Shown here piece after piece: positions 37,072-46,643 of a stretch of DNA of 64,000 nt. Numbering within the stretch: position 1 is the first letter of the stretch; every line of letters starts with the position of its first letter. A program made the translations under genes and the position numbers. Location: the NCBI GenBank assembly GCA_945859975.1, contig CAMAPH010000002.1, forward strand, positions 96,001 to 160,000. Direction: 5' to 3'. This stretch comes from Chthonomonas calidirosea (GTDB lineage Bacteria; Armatimonadota; Fimbriimonadia; Fimbriimonadales; Fimbriimonadaceae). The notes under the pieces were generated by a model that did not search any database, was not told the origin of the DNA, and worked only from the letters and a program-made list of their open reading frames with translations.

Positions 37072-38004
37072 CTAGCCGAGCCTCAGGCTCATCGAAGCAT
37101 AGGACCGCGAGACCTCGAAACCGAACTTGCCATAGAAATCGGTGAGCGTGGTCCAGTCGATGATGGTGCGCTGGCACCCTCGGTCCCGCAAAATTTGAAG
37201 CGCCGACCCGAGCAGATACCCTCCGCGGCCCGAACCCCGAACGGCCATCGAAACGCCAATCGGTCCGAGCGAACCCCAGTTCGGACCGAGGTCGGCATGC
37301 CAAACGGCGCCACCGATCGGATACCGATTACTTGAGTCCTGAATTAAGGCAAATCCCTCAATTCTTTGACCACAGCGGAGCACGGCCACGCACTCCGGCC
37401 CTTCTTGGCGGACTTTCGTCAGGGTGTCGTAATGCCAGCGACCCGGAAATTCCCTTTGTAGGAACCCTTCCAGCTCCGCGATCTCAGGCTTGGACAAAAC
37501 TTCGACTCGATCACCTTCGTGGGAAGGACCAGAGTACGTAAAGTCATAAAGGTCGCGCTCCATGTCGACCTGAAGTCCATGCTCCATAAATCCTTCGATT
37601 TCCAAGAACTCCTTGAGCTTTGGAAAATCCTGCGGACATCCGGGAAAGAAGTGATTGTTGTCTTGCCCAAACACCAACCGGGTGGCGCCGCGATCCGTGA
37701 GCAACTGCCGCACATCGCTGAGCAAATCCCCGCAGACTCCCGGCTCGGAGTACGCAACGGCACTTAGGTGGTACTGATCGATGTCGCTGACTCGGTACAG
37801 AGATGCCGACGGTCGCTTTACGAAGGCAAACCCGATCACACGCTCGTCCCGGACATAGATCGACGACGCCCCCCAGTCAAACACCGGGCAATCGACCGAC
37901 TTCTGCTTCAGAAGTTCGGGCGAAACGCGATATCGCGCGGGATAGAACTGGTTCCAGAGTTCGGCCAGTTCGGTAAACGGTGCTGAAGCGAGCGGGATTC
38001 TCAT
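37072..38004 (-). CDS. GNAT family N-acetyltransferase (tandem GNAT)
   Basis: GPIGVSMAVRGSGRG...IIDWT...FYGKFGF. Confidence 0.88.
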   Translation of the reverse strand: MRIPLASAPFTELAELWNQFYPARYRVSPELLKQKSVDCPVFDWGASSIYVRDERVIGFAFVKRPSASLYRVSDIDQYHLSAVAYSEPGVCGDLLSDVRQLLTDRGATRLVFGQDNNHFFPGCPQDFPKLKEFLEIEGFMEHGLQVDMERDLYDFTYSGPSHEGDRVEVLSKPEIAELEGFLQREFPGRWHYDTLTKVRQEGPECVAVLRCGQRIEGFALIQDSSNRYPIGGAVWHADLGPNWGSLGPIGVSMAVRGSGRGGYLLGSALQILRDRGCQRTIIDWTTLTDFYGKFGFEVSRSYASMSLRLG

Positions 38005-38396
38005 CCGACCGCGCGCGCAAGCTCCCGCAAATGCTGGCCGTACAGCGTGATCGCTTGCTCAGTGCGATAAAGCACATTCATCAACTCAGCGGTATCCCGC
38101 AGTCTTGTATCTCGCAAAGCGCCAAAATTCCCCAAAGCCTCAAAGTCCTCGATGCCGGTTACTGCGGTGTACGACCGCAGGTATTCGGCAACTGGTTCGT
38201 ATTCTCCGCGATACTTCGAGCGCACGGCCCGAAATTCCGCTTCGATGACTCCAACCGGTCCGTACCGAAGGATATCTTCGATCGCCTGGCGGTATGCCTC
38301 GTAAGCGCGGCGGAAACTCGCCAGCTCATCGGTTCGTTGCTTCACCCGGTTTCGGCAAACGATGGGCCGGGTGGAAGGTCGGGACGAGTCTTTCAT
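38001..38396 (-). CDS. hypothetical protein
   Basis: ORF coupled by ATGA overlaps on both sides. Confidence 0.6.
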   Translation of the reverse strand: MKDSSRPSTRPIVCRNRVKQRTDELASFRRAYEAYRQAIEDILRYGPVGVIEAEFRAVRSKYRGEYEPVAEYLRSYTAVTGIEDFEALGNFGALRDTRLRDTAELMNVLYRTEQAITLYGQHLRELARAVG

Positions 38397-38677
38397 GACT
38401 GAGCCCCGACGCGCTGGACGTAGTTCACCTTCAGGTCTCGGATAGAGTTTTGCACCGTTCGCCGGTCGGCATCGTCGAGCTGCGGGATCGCGGCATCGGC
38501 GAGTTGCGAAGCAACGTCAATCATAACCTTCGCCTGCGCAAGATCCGGTTCTATCCGACCGGTCATAAAGTCGGGTTGCAACCCAAGCTTTTGCCACGAC
38601 AGTTCAATCGACTGCTGCAGCATCATGCCAATCACATCGTAGACATCAATAGGACCCTTTTCCGGTGAATCTTCCAA
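38393..38677 (-). CDS. DUF1844 domain protein
   Basis: WQKLGLQPDFMTG...DLAQAKVMID...LKVNYV. Confidence 0.85.
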   Translation of the reverse strand: MEDSPEKGPIDVYDVIGMMLQQSIELSWQKLGLQPDFMTGRIEPDLAQAKVMIDVASQLADAAIPQLDDADRRTVQNSIRDLKVNYVQRVGAQS

Positions 38678-38846
38678 AATCGCCCCCTTTACCTAGCCCT
38701 CGCTTGGCGCTTCCACGCCGTTCTTGGGCCGCAAATTGAGTGACGTTTCAAATGTCCCTCTAGCCGCCAAAACTTGAATCCCTTTCTGTCCGCGACAAGA
38801 GGGGACAGGAACCCGGTCGGTAGACTACGTATTGGTCTTTATAAGA

Positions 38847-39776
38847 ATGGAAAATGTGATTATCATTGGCTCTGGCCCTGCGGGATACACCGCCGCTCTT
38901 TACGCCGCGCGGGCCGATCTGAAACCTCTTCTCTTCGCGGGTTGGCAGCCTGGCGGTCAGCTCATGATCACCACGGACGTCGAGAACTATCCTGGCTTTC
39001 CCAAGGGCATCATGGGACCAGAAATCATGGAGCTGTTCCGAGAACAGGCCGCTCGCTTTGGTACCGACATTCGGGATATCAACGTTGACAAAGTTGACCT
39101 GACCGGCCCGACCTTTAAAGTCTGGGTCGGCGAGGAACTTCACGAAGCACGGTCAATCATCATCTGCACCGGTGCAAGCGCGAAGTGGCTCGGGCTGGAA
39201 GGTGAAGTCACGTTCGGCGGATACGGTGTGAGTGCTTGTGCGACCTGCGACGGGTTCTTCTTCCGAAACAAGAAGGTCGCCATCGTCGGCGGTGGCGATA
39301 CCGCTATGGAAGAGGCCCTCTTTTTAACGCGCCACGCTTCGGAAGTCCATGTTCTGCACCGACGTGACAGCTTCCGCGCCAGCAAGATCATGCAAGAACG
39401 CGTGCTAGAGCACCCAAAGATCAAGATTCACTGGAACACGGCCGTGACCGAAATCCACGGCGAGATGGAACCGCACAAAAAGCTGAAATCGATCACTTTG
39501 CAAGATACGGTCACCAGTGACATTCGTCAGATGGAAGTTGACGGCTTGTTCATCGCGATCGGACACCAGCCGAACAGTTCGCTGTTCACCGGGGTTCTCG
39601 ATATGGACGAGGCTGGCTACTTGATCACCATGCCTGATAGCACCCGCACCAAGATCCCCGGCGTGTTTGCCGCTGGCGACGTTCAAGACAGCGTTTATCG
39701 CCAAGCCATCACCGCTGCCGGTTCGGGCTGCATGGCTGCAATCGAAGCTGAGCGCTTCTTGGCAGGGCTGCACTAG
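38847..39776 (+). CDS. trxB: thioredoxin-disulfide reductase
   Basis: GSGPAG, CATCDG, GGGDTA, YRQAITAAGSG. Confidence 0.97.
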   Translation: MENVIIIGSGPAGYTAALYAARADLKPLLFAGWQPGGQLMITTDVENYPGFPKGIMGPEIMELFREQAARFGTDIRDINVDKVDLTGPTFKVWVGEELHEARSIIICTGASAKWLGLEGEVTFGGYGVSACATCDGFFFRNKKVAIVGGGDTAMEEALFLTRHASEVHVLHRRDSFRASKIMQERVLEHPKIKIHWNTAVTEIHGEMEPHKKLKSITLQDTVTSDIRQMEVDGLFIAIGHQPNSSLFTGVLDMDEAGYLITMPDSTRTKIPGVFAAGDVQDSVYRQAITAAGSGCMAAIEAERFLAGLH

Positions 39777-39778
39777 TC

Positions 39779-40900
39779 ATGACGGGCGTTCTGTGTTATC
39801 TCGCGTTGGCTCAAGCGGTGAATCAGAAACCGCAAGACCCCAAAACGACCTACACGGAATACCGCCTGCTTCAGCCGGGGACGAACGATTCCCGGCTGAG
39901 CGTTTTCGCTTTTGACAAGCGAATGGACCCGCCAAAGCGATCGCCGAAGAAGTTTGGCGATCCACCCTTGCAGTGGGAGTTCGACTGGATCACCGGTGGC
40001 TACGGCGTTCACCCTTCGGTGAACAACAATCTCACCCTGCGGTTCTCCATCTTTAGTCAGCAGCGAGCTTCGAAAAACGATTCCGCACTCGATGTTGGCA
40101 AGATGCTCATGCGACTTTGGGATTTCAGTTTCCAGAGCCTCAAAATGGACCACTCGGGTGCCCTAAACAACGGGATCGTTGACGTCTACCTCTGCTGGGG
40201 CGGCAAGGCAGGCGGCGAGCAGCTCTTCGACGAGGACTATCGCGGCGGTCGCAACATCAAGGTCAACACGATCTACATCTATGACCTCGCGAGCTTCACC
40301 GATCCAGTTGAAAAAGCACGCGAGATCGCCCACGAATACGGCCATGCGATGCTTCCGCCAGTGGGAGTTTTTACCGCGCCGGAAGATTGGTCTAACGGCT
40401 ACTTGGGCGAGAAGCTTTACCTTCGCCATATTCGAGACGAAATGGCGGCCGGACGATATGGCGCGCCGGACGTGATGGGAGCCGACCTTCCCGGACTCGA
40501 TAAATGGGTGAAGGCAAACGTTAACCCGATCGTTTCCAGCGCCGCTACAAACGGCCCAGCGAACAAGATCAGCGCCGGCGGCAAGCTGGCCATGGACATG
40601 TACCTCGGCCTAGCCTTGTACGTTGACCAGATCTACGGCCACAACGTGCTCTCGCGCGCCTATCGCTTTACCGACATGACCAAGCCAGAAACCTTCTTGG
40701 ACGCCGTGATGACCGCCGTCGAAGAATTACCGAACGCCACCCTGAATTTTCCAAAGGAATGGGCCGGACGGACGGTGTGGGTTCCCGTGAGCACTTCCAA
40801 CCTCACCGGGTCGGCGATTCTGGCCAAGAAGACAGGTTGGGTTCAGGTTCGAATCACCGAGAAGCCGATCGTGATCCGCTCGGTTCGTGCTGATCAGTAG
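39779..40900 (+). CDS. secreted hypothetical protein with HExxH motif
   Basis: AREIAHEYGHA...W.NG...E. Confidence 0.6.
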   Translation: MTGVLCYLALAQAVNQKPQDPKTTYTEYRLLQPGTNDSRLSVFAFDKRMDPPKRSPKKFGDPPLQWEFDWITGGYGVHPSVNNNLTLRFSIFSQQRASKNDSALDVGKMLMRLWDFSFQSLKMDHSGALNNGIVDVYLCWGGKAGGEQLFDEDYRGGRNIKVNTIYIYDLASFTDPVEKAREIAHEYGHAMLPPVGVFTAPEDWSNGYLGEKLYLRHIRDEMAAGRYGAPDVMGADLPGLDKWVKANVNPIVSSAATNGPANKISAGGKLAMDMYLGLALYVDQIYGHNVLSRAYRFTDMTKPETFLDAVMTAVEELPNATLNFPKEWAGRTVWVPVSTSNLTGSAILAKKTGWVQVRITEKPIVIRSVRADQ

Positions 40901-40923
40901 TTCTGCACGGTACAACCAAGCGC

Positions 40924-42285
40924 ATGAAAGCCGCACCGCGAATTCTTGTTTTCGCGGTTCTTGCTCTTTTGAGTTGGAGCATTCTGGCGTCTCACGCCTC
41001 AAGCCCATCATTGTTGCAAGACAGCGACACGAAGGTTCTGCTCCTCAAAATTCGCGAAGTTAACGACCCAATGCGTTGGTTCTTTGGCGATTGGCCGCTG
41101 GAAAACCATTTCTACCGCCCGATTTCAACGCTGTTCTTCGAACTTGACAACGCAATTGGCGGTTCAAATGCGGCGGTCTACGGGTGGACAAACGCGATTC
41201 TTGTGACCGCGAGCATGCTGCTTCTGGTGTGGCTGGCGTTTGAGCTCTTCGCGAGCTTGCCCATCGCCATTGCTTCGGGAGTGGTCTTCACGCTCTACAT
41301 CCATGACCGAACCGGCCTTGTCGGAGTCATTCCGGCGTACTTGGCCATGTTGGTTTTGGTCGTTGGGCTATTCCGGCATGGATTTGCCTTCCGGCAATAC
41401 ATTCCCGCCACGCTAGCCTTGTGGGGACTACAAACCATCGCGTTCGGAGCGAGCCCGCTGTGGAACCGCATGATTGGCTGGATTCCCGGACGAACGGCTA
41501 GCGTCATGACCGTATTTGCCTTGATCGCAATGGCGGCATACGCACGGTACGAACGGCTATCTGCGGAGCGATTGCCCCCGCCAGAACCCGGTCCGCTGGA
41601 CCCGCCAGCCACCCGTGGGACCAAGAAGTTTACGGCTAAGAACGGCCTTGGATGGGCGTTGCTCAGCATCGTTGCCGCCGCGCTGGCGTTTGGCAGTTAT
41701 GAGCAAGCCGTGATGCTTCCGGCGGTCCTCCTTGGGACGGCCATTCTTCTGCGTTGGCAACGGCTCAAGGTTCGTTGGGGCTGGCAAGGCGCTTATTGGG
41801 CGCTCCTTGTCGGATACCTGGTGCTTCGACGGCTGATTCTCCCGACCGAGAACTCGGGTTACCAGGACCAGCAACTGCGGTTCGGACAAGGAGTTTTGAT
41901 CTCGTTGCTGGAATATGCCGCTCCATTCGCGGCCGGGTACAGCACGTTCTGGATCATTGTTACGGGCGACCCTTTGATCTGGGTCACGGGTAGCCCTTGG
42001 GCATACATCATTCGTTGGGCCTCTGAGGTCAACACCTTCGCCGCTGCCCGCAATCAGTGGATCATCTGTGCGGGCGGATATCTCATGAGCCTACTTGCGT
42101 ACTTGCCGATGGCTTGGCTCCAGCAGTTCGACCACTATCACTTCTGGCCGCTTGCGCTTCGCTCAATGATGGTTGTCGGGCTCTATGCGGCGATGGTGCC
42201 GCTGGTGATTACCGCAGTATCCCGCCCAACTCAACAATCGCCGCAACGATTGCGTCCCGCGCCTGGTTCCCTTCCTCGTCCGTAA
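40924..42285 (+). CDS. polytopic membrane protein, GT-C glycosyltransferase-like
   Basis: Many TM helices, FYRPIST and WIPGRT motifs; 3' end overlaps pheT. Confidence 0.6.
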   Translation: MKAAPRILVFAVLALLSWSILASHASSPSLLQDSDTKVLLLKIREVNDPMRWFFGDWPLENHFYRPISTLFFELDNAIGGSNAAVYGWTNAILVTASMLLLVWLAFELFASLPIAIASGVVFTLYIHDRTGLVGVIPAYLAMLVLVVGLFRHGFAFRQYIPATLALWGLQTIAFGASPLWNRMIGWIPGRTASVMTVFALIAMAAYARYERLSAERLPPPEPGPLDPPATRGTKKFTAKNGLGWALLSIVAAALAFGSYEQAVMLPAVLLGTAILLRWQRLKVRWGWQGAYWALLVGYLVLRRLILPTENSGYQDQQLRFGQGVLISLLEYAAPFAAGYSTFWIIVTGDPLIWVTGSPWAYIIRWASEVNTFAAARNQWIICAGGYLMSLLAYLPMAWLQQFDHYHFWPLALRSMMVVGLYAAMVPLVITAVSRPTQQSPQRLRPAPGSLPRP

Positions 42286-44248
42286 GGTTCGCGCCCATCT
42301 TTCGGAACTGCAGCCCGATGCCGAGGCTGTGCTTTCCTTCAGGAATTCCGATGCCTTCGTACACGTCGAACAGCCAGCAGTTCTCTAGCAAATCGGTCGG
42401 TGCCGAAGTGATCGCCGCTTGGATTTTGTCAAATGGCACTGACTTATCGATGAGAACCGCGATATCTCGACTGACCGCTGGGTTGCGGCTAATTGATTTC
42501 AGTTGCGGATTTTCTTGAGCATTTCGGAAGGCCGGATCAAGCCAGATTTCTGCGATGAACGTCGCTTCAGGCAAGTCGGAAGCCTCGGCCACAAGCGGAT
42601 GAATTTGCCCCATGACTCCGATGCAGTCACCCGCACGGTCAAAAACTAACGCCCGACGTCCTGGATGGAATCGGCCCTCGTTAGGTAACTCGTCTGCGGT
42701 GAACCGTGCCTTGATGCCAACACTTCGAAGCACCGATTCCAGTTCCGCCTTCAACGAATAGAAATCAGCAACCGGTGGCTGATCGCTCGCGCGATTTGCA
42801 GGTTGGAGCTTGCCGGTGGAGAGAACAGCCATAAAGGCTAGTTCTCGATGTCCATCTTCATCATTCTCGAAAACCTTCCCAACCTCGAAAAGGTGAACGT
42901 CTTTGCCGCCGTTGCGCAGTGCCGCTTCCGTCAGACCCGGCAAGAGCGAGTTGCGCAGTAGCGCAAGCTCTGGCGAGCCCGGATTTCGGGGGCCAACGCG
43001 TTCGGTCGGGGCGTCCAGAGGGTGCTCCGATCGTAGCGTGTGACTGACAACCTGCACATAGCCGAGCCGAATCATGCCTTCGACGACGGCATCGGAGAGT
43101 CGATACTTGCCATGCACTCCGCCCATCGTGGTGTGTCCAACCGGGAGTTCTTCGGGGATCCGCTGGTAGCCGTGGACTCTTCCGAGTTCTTCGACGACGT
43201 CCTCTGCGCGCACGACATCAGGGCGCCAACTTGGGACTTTCACCTTGAGCGGTTCGGTGGCGAGGATTTCGAAGCCTAGCGCCGAAAGGTAGCGACTGGC
43301 TTCATCAAGGGTGATCTCCATGCCAAGAAGCCGCGAGGCACGAGCGAGCTCAAGTTCAACAGAGACTTCTGCGGGCTCACTTCGAACGACATCGGTCAGT
43401 TCGGAGATCGAAACATCTGGCAGAACCGTCGTCAGCAATTGAAGAAATCGCCGAATCGCGACGTCCGTGATCTTGGGGTCAACGCTGCGCTCGAATCGGT
43501 AGCTCGCCTCTGTGTTGAGTCCAAGCTGCTTTCGTGTTTTGCGGACGGAGGTGTTGACGAAGTGGGCTGATTCCAAAAGGATCGCGGTCGTTGAATCGTC
43601 CACTTCCGTGTCGAATCCGCCCATCACTCCGGCTACTCCGACCGGTCGCGATGCGTCGCAAATCATGAGTTGGCCCGCGGTCAGGTTGCGGTCGACGCCG
43701 TCCAGCGTCTTGATCGTCTCACCGTCTCTCGCTTCGCGGACGACGATCTCTTTTCCGAGCTTTCCGAGGTCGTATGCGTGCAGCGGCTGGCCGATTTCCA
43801 GCATCACGTAGTTCGTGAGGTCGACCAGCAGGCTTATTGAGCGCATTCCGATCCGCTCAAGTCGATACTTGATCCAGTCCGGAGTGGCGGCACTAGAGAT
43901 GCCGGAGACGGTCACACAGGCGAACCGATTGCATAACGCCGAATCGATGCGGACCAAAGCCTCCGCCGGTCGAGACGTAGCCACGTTTGGGAAGCCCGAC
44001 TTGGCCGCAAGATAGAGTTCGGTCGGCTGGCTGTCGGCGTCCTTAGCAAGAACTTCGCGAGCGAGGCCGAGAATGCTGAGCCCGTCGCCGCGGTTCGACA
44101 TCACTTTGACGTCGAGAATAGGATCTTCTGAAGTTTCCTCTTCAATCCCCTCAAGCTCAAAGCCGGCCATCGTGAGCAGGTCGCCCAGGGCTTCGGCATT
44201 AAGGGAAGTCGCGACGTAGTCGCGCATCGTGGAGTAGGTGAACTTCAT
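42209..44248 (-). CDS. pheT: phenylalanine-tRNA ligase beta subunit (short form)
   Basis: NRGDGLS, TNYVMLEIGQPLHAYD, SYRFER, WRPDV..EDVVEE, C-terminal FDX-ACB. Confidence 0.95.
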   Translation of the reverse strand: MKFTYSTMRDYVATSLNAEALGDLLTMAGFELEGIEEETSEDPILDVKVMSNRGDGLSILGLAREVLAKDADSQPTELYLAAKSGFPNVATSRPAEALVRIDSALCNRFACVTVSGISSAATPDWIKYRLERIGMRSISLLVDLTNYVMLEIGQPLHAYDLGKLGKEIVVREARDGETIKTLDGVDRNLTAGQLMICDASRPVGVAGVMGGFDTEVDDSTTAILLESAHFVNTSVRKTRKQLGLNTEASYRFERSVDPKITDVAIRRFLQLLTTVLPDVSISELTDVVRSEPAEVSVELELARASRLLGMEITLDEASRYLSALGFEILATEPLKVKVPSWRPDVVRAEDVVEELGRVHGYQRIPEELPVGHTTMGGVHGKYRLSDAVVEGMIRLGYVQVVSHTLRSEHPLDAPTERVGPRNPGSPELALLRNSLLPGLTEAALRNGGKDVHLFEVGKVFENDEDGHRELAFMAVLSTGKLQPANRASDQPPVADFYSLKAELESVLRSVGIKARFTADELPNEGRFHPGRRALVFDRAGDCIGVMGQIHPLVAEASDLPEATFIAEIWLDPAFRNAQENPQLKSISRNPAVSRDIAVLIDKSVPFDKIQAAITSAPTDLLENCWLFDVYEGIGIPEGKHSLGIGLQFRKMGANLTDEEGNQARDAIVAAIVELGGILR

Positions 44249-44263
44249 GCGTCGGACAGTTTA

Positions 44264-44291
44264 CTAGCGGCCCCTGATTTGGGGCCGCTAG
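44264..44291. terminator. hairpin after the desaturase gene
   Basis: CTAGCGGCCCC-tgattt-GGGGCCGCTAG; no T tract. Confidence 0.5.
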
Positions 44292-44307
44292 GGCGAGACG
44301 GAATGTC

Positions 44308-45402
44308 TCAGCTTGGGATCAGCTTAAGGAAGGAAGTGCGCTCGGACTCAGGGACTTGGATGCCCTCTTCGTACTTGGCAATCTTCTGCCAAAGCATGTT
44401 GGCCTTCTTGGTTGCCTTCTCGTAGTCGAAGCCTTCAAACACGGCACCAGGTCGCATCTCGCCGTCGACCTCGGGCACTCGGCGCGAAGCGCGAATTCCA
44501 GCCTCAACTGCCTTCAGATCGTCAATGCCAAGTGCTTCTAGAGCAACCTTCGCAACGTCTCGCGAATACTGTCGCATACCGAAGATCGCCGACTTGTGCA
44601 GGATCGTCGCAAACTCATCGTAGTCTGGAATGATGTGGCGGGCAGGCATCGCGAAGTGGCGAAGCACCTCGACGCAGACCTCGGTCGCTCGCTCTGGGAA
44701 GAAGTACATCAGCAACCAGCAACCTTCAAGGAAGAAGGCATAGTGGGCGCTTTCGTCCATCGCGATAAAGCGACAAGCATCGACGAAAACTGGATCGTAA
44801 TCCGTCGTAAGCGTGCTTGCATTCCAGTTTCCTTTTGCTACCAAACCAAGGTTAAGGTAGTTGATCTGGGTTGCGCGTTCTTGGAAGACGGTATAGAAGA
44901 ACATGTGGATGGGATCTTCCCAAGGAAGGTGCCATTGTTGTCCTCTTAAGTTGTAGCTGTACTCCTCAATCTCGTCCGTCGTCATCGCCTTCGTGAAGAT
45001 GAGGGAGTTGCGCCAGAGGTCGCTATGTCGCTCTTCCTCGGCGCCCCATCGAAGGTGGAACTGCACCCGCCCATAGCTTTGGCGGAACATCTTGAGGCCT
45101 TCCGAAACGTAGTCTGGGATGTACTGCTCGACGGCATAGAATCCACGCAGAATCGTGTTGAATTCTTCGGTGTGGTCCGTTCGAACTTTCGACCATTCGA
45201 TCGACGTGTCTGGGTTCCAGTTTCGGGCACGTTGCGATTTCTCGGTGTACCACCGATAGAGACCGTAGAGGCAGCGTTCCAAACAGAGCCATCGCTCTTG
45301 AATGGAATAGTTTCCTACCGGGCCAGACGGGAGATTATCTTCGTACCACTGGACCAGGGAGCGAGGAACGATTTCGTCCTTGTAACAATTAACTTGCGTC
45401 AT
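44308..45402 (-). CDS. acyl-ACP desaturase (soluble di-iron, DesA-like)
   Basis: W.AEEERH, FQERATQINY, IAMDESAHY, FAMP. Start uncertain. Confidence 0.85.
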   Translation of the reverse strand: MTQVNCYKDEIVPRSLVQWYEDNLPSGPVGNYSIQERWLCLERCLYGLYRWYTEKSQRARNWNPDTSIEWSKVRTDHTEEFNTILRGFYAVEQYIPDYVSEGLKMFRQSYGRVQFHLRWGAEEERHSDLWRNSLIFTKAMTTDEIEEYSYNLRGQQWHLPWEDPIHMFFYTVFQERATQINYLNLGLVAKGNWNASTLTTDYDPVFVDACRFIAMDESAHYAFFLEGCWLLMYFFPERATEVCVEVLRHFAMPARHIIPDYDEFATILHKSAIFGMRQYSRDVAKVALEALGIDDLKAVEAGIRASRRVPEVDGEMRPGAVFEGFDYEKATKKANMLWQKIAKYEEGIQVPESERTSFLKLIPS

Positions 45403-45579
45403 TTCTATAAGTCCTGGTGTGACCACTCTCGAAGATGCATTGCATCATCATCACTCGGATGTGTCATCAACTCTGCCTTCATCCCGGTGCACCCTCGGCC
45501 AAAGGTGAATGCAGCTACTGAACGTGTTTTACGTGCTGTACTACTCATTCTAGCGGTTTTCGTCTTTGCTTTTCCGAAC

Positions 45580-46587
45580 CTACGCGGCAATTCCTTGGAA
45601 TTGGGACAAGAACCTCAAATCGTTCTCCAGGAACAACCGGAGGTCATCCACACCGTAGGCCATCATCGGGATTCGCTCGACTCCTAAGCCAAAGGCGAAC
45701 CCAGAATACTTCTGAGGGTCGATTCCGTTGGCCTCGAGGATGTTTGGATGGATGAGGCCAGCGCCGCCAAGCTCCACCCATCGGCCGTTGAAGAGCTTCG
45801 GTGACGAAATCGCGTAATCCACGCCCGGCTCCACGAACGGGAAGAAATCGGGACGGAATCGCACCTTGACCTCCGGTCCAAACATCGCTCGGGCGAAGGT
45901 GCCCAACGTTCCCTTGAGGTGCGCCATGGAGACGTTCTCGTCAATCATGAAGCAGTCGACCTGGTGGAACGTGTGGTTATGGGTTCGGTCGACGGCCTCG
46001 TTTCGGAAGGTTCGGCCGACGGTGAACACTCTCAGCGGCGGCTTCTCCTGCGCGAAGATTCGGCCTTGGAGTGCGGTGCACTGGGTTCGCAGCACGAGGT
46101 CGTCCGCAACGTAGAACGTGTCCTGGTCGTCCATGGCCGGGTGATCGGGAGGGTAGTTCAGGGCATCGAAGTTGTACTTAAAGTCCTCAAGCTCTGGGCC
46201 TTCTTCGTAGCGAAATCCGAGGCCGCCGAGCACGCGCTTGATCTTGAGCGTTGTGAGGTGCAGGATGTGAGCATAGCCGACTCGGGTCTGCCGTCCTGGC
46301 ATCGTGACATCGATCTTTTCGGCTTCGAAGCGATGCGCCATCTCGACATCACGCAAAGCGGAAAATCGATTGTCGATCGATTCTTGAACGGTAGCCTTTG
46401 CCGTATTGACCGCGGCCCCGAATGCGGGTTTTTCTTCGGCGGACAGCGAACCCATTTGCCGCATGAGCGAAGTGATCAGCCCGTTCTTGCCAAGATATTT
46501 GATCTCAATTTGTTTGAGATCAGCCGTAGATGCTGCGGCGGTGATTTCGTCCTGCGCCGCCAAAACCAGCGAACCTACGTTTTCCAT
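45580..46587 (-). CDS. pheS: phenylalanine-tRNA ligase alpha subunit
   Basis: NFDALNYPPDHPA, FRPDFFPFVEP, GFAFGLGVER. Confidence 0.97.
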   Translation of the reverse strand: MENVGSLVLAAQDEITAAASTADLKQIEIKYLGKNGLITSLMRQMGSLSAEEKPAFGAAVNTAKATVQESIDNRFSALRDVEMAHRFEAEKIDVTMPGRQTRVGYAHILHLTTLKIKRVLGGLGFRYEEGPELEDFKYNFDALNYPPDHPAMDDQDTFYVADDLVLRTQCTALQGRIFAQEKPPLRVFTVGRTFRNEAVDRTHNHTFHQVDCFMIDENVSMAHLKGTLGTFARAMFGPEVKVRFRPDFFPFVEPGVDYAISSPKLFNGRWVELGGAGLIHPNILEANGIDPQKYSGFAFGLGVERIPMMAYGVDDLRLFLENDLRFLSQFQGIAA

Positions 46588-46643
46588 GTGCCGCTCATTT
46601 TGACACGATGGGCATTGGCGAAATGCGGACGCTAAACTGTGGT

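Noticed and set aside
45405..45590. 61-aa ORF as a leader peptide or frameshifted desaturase N-terminus
   Set aside because: No slippery site or attenuator; the desaturase motifs are complete in one frame.
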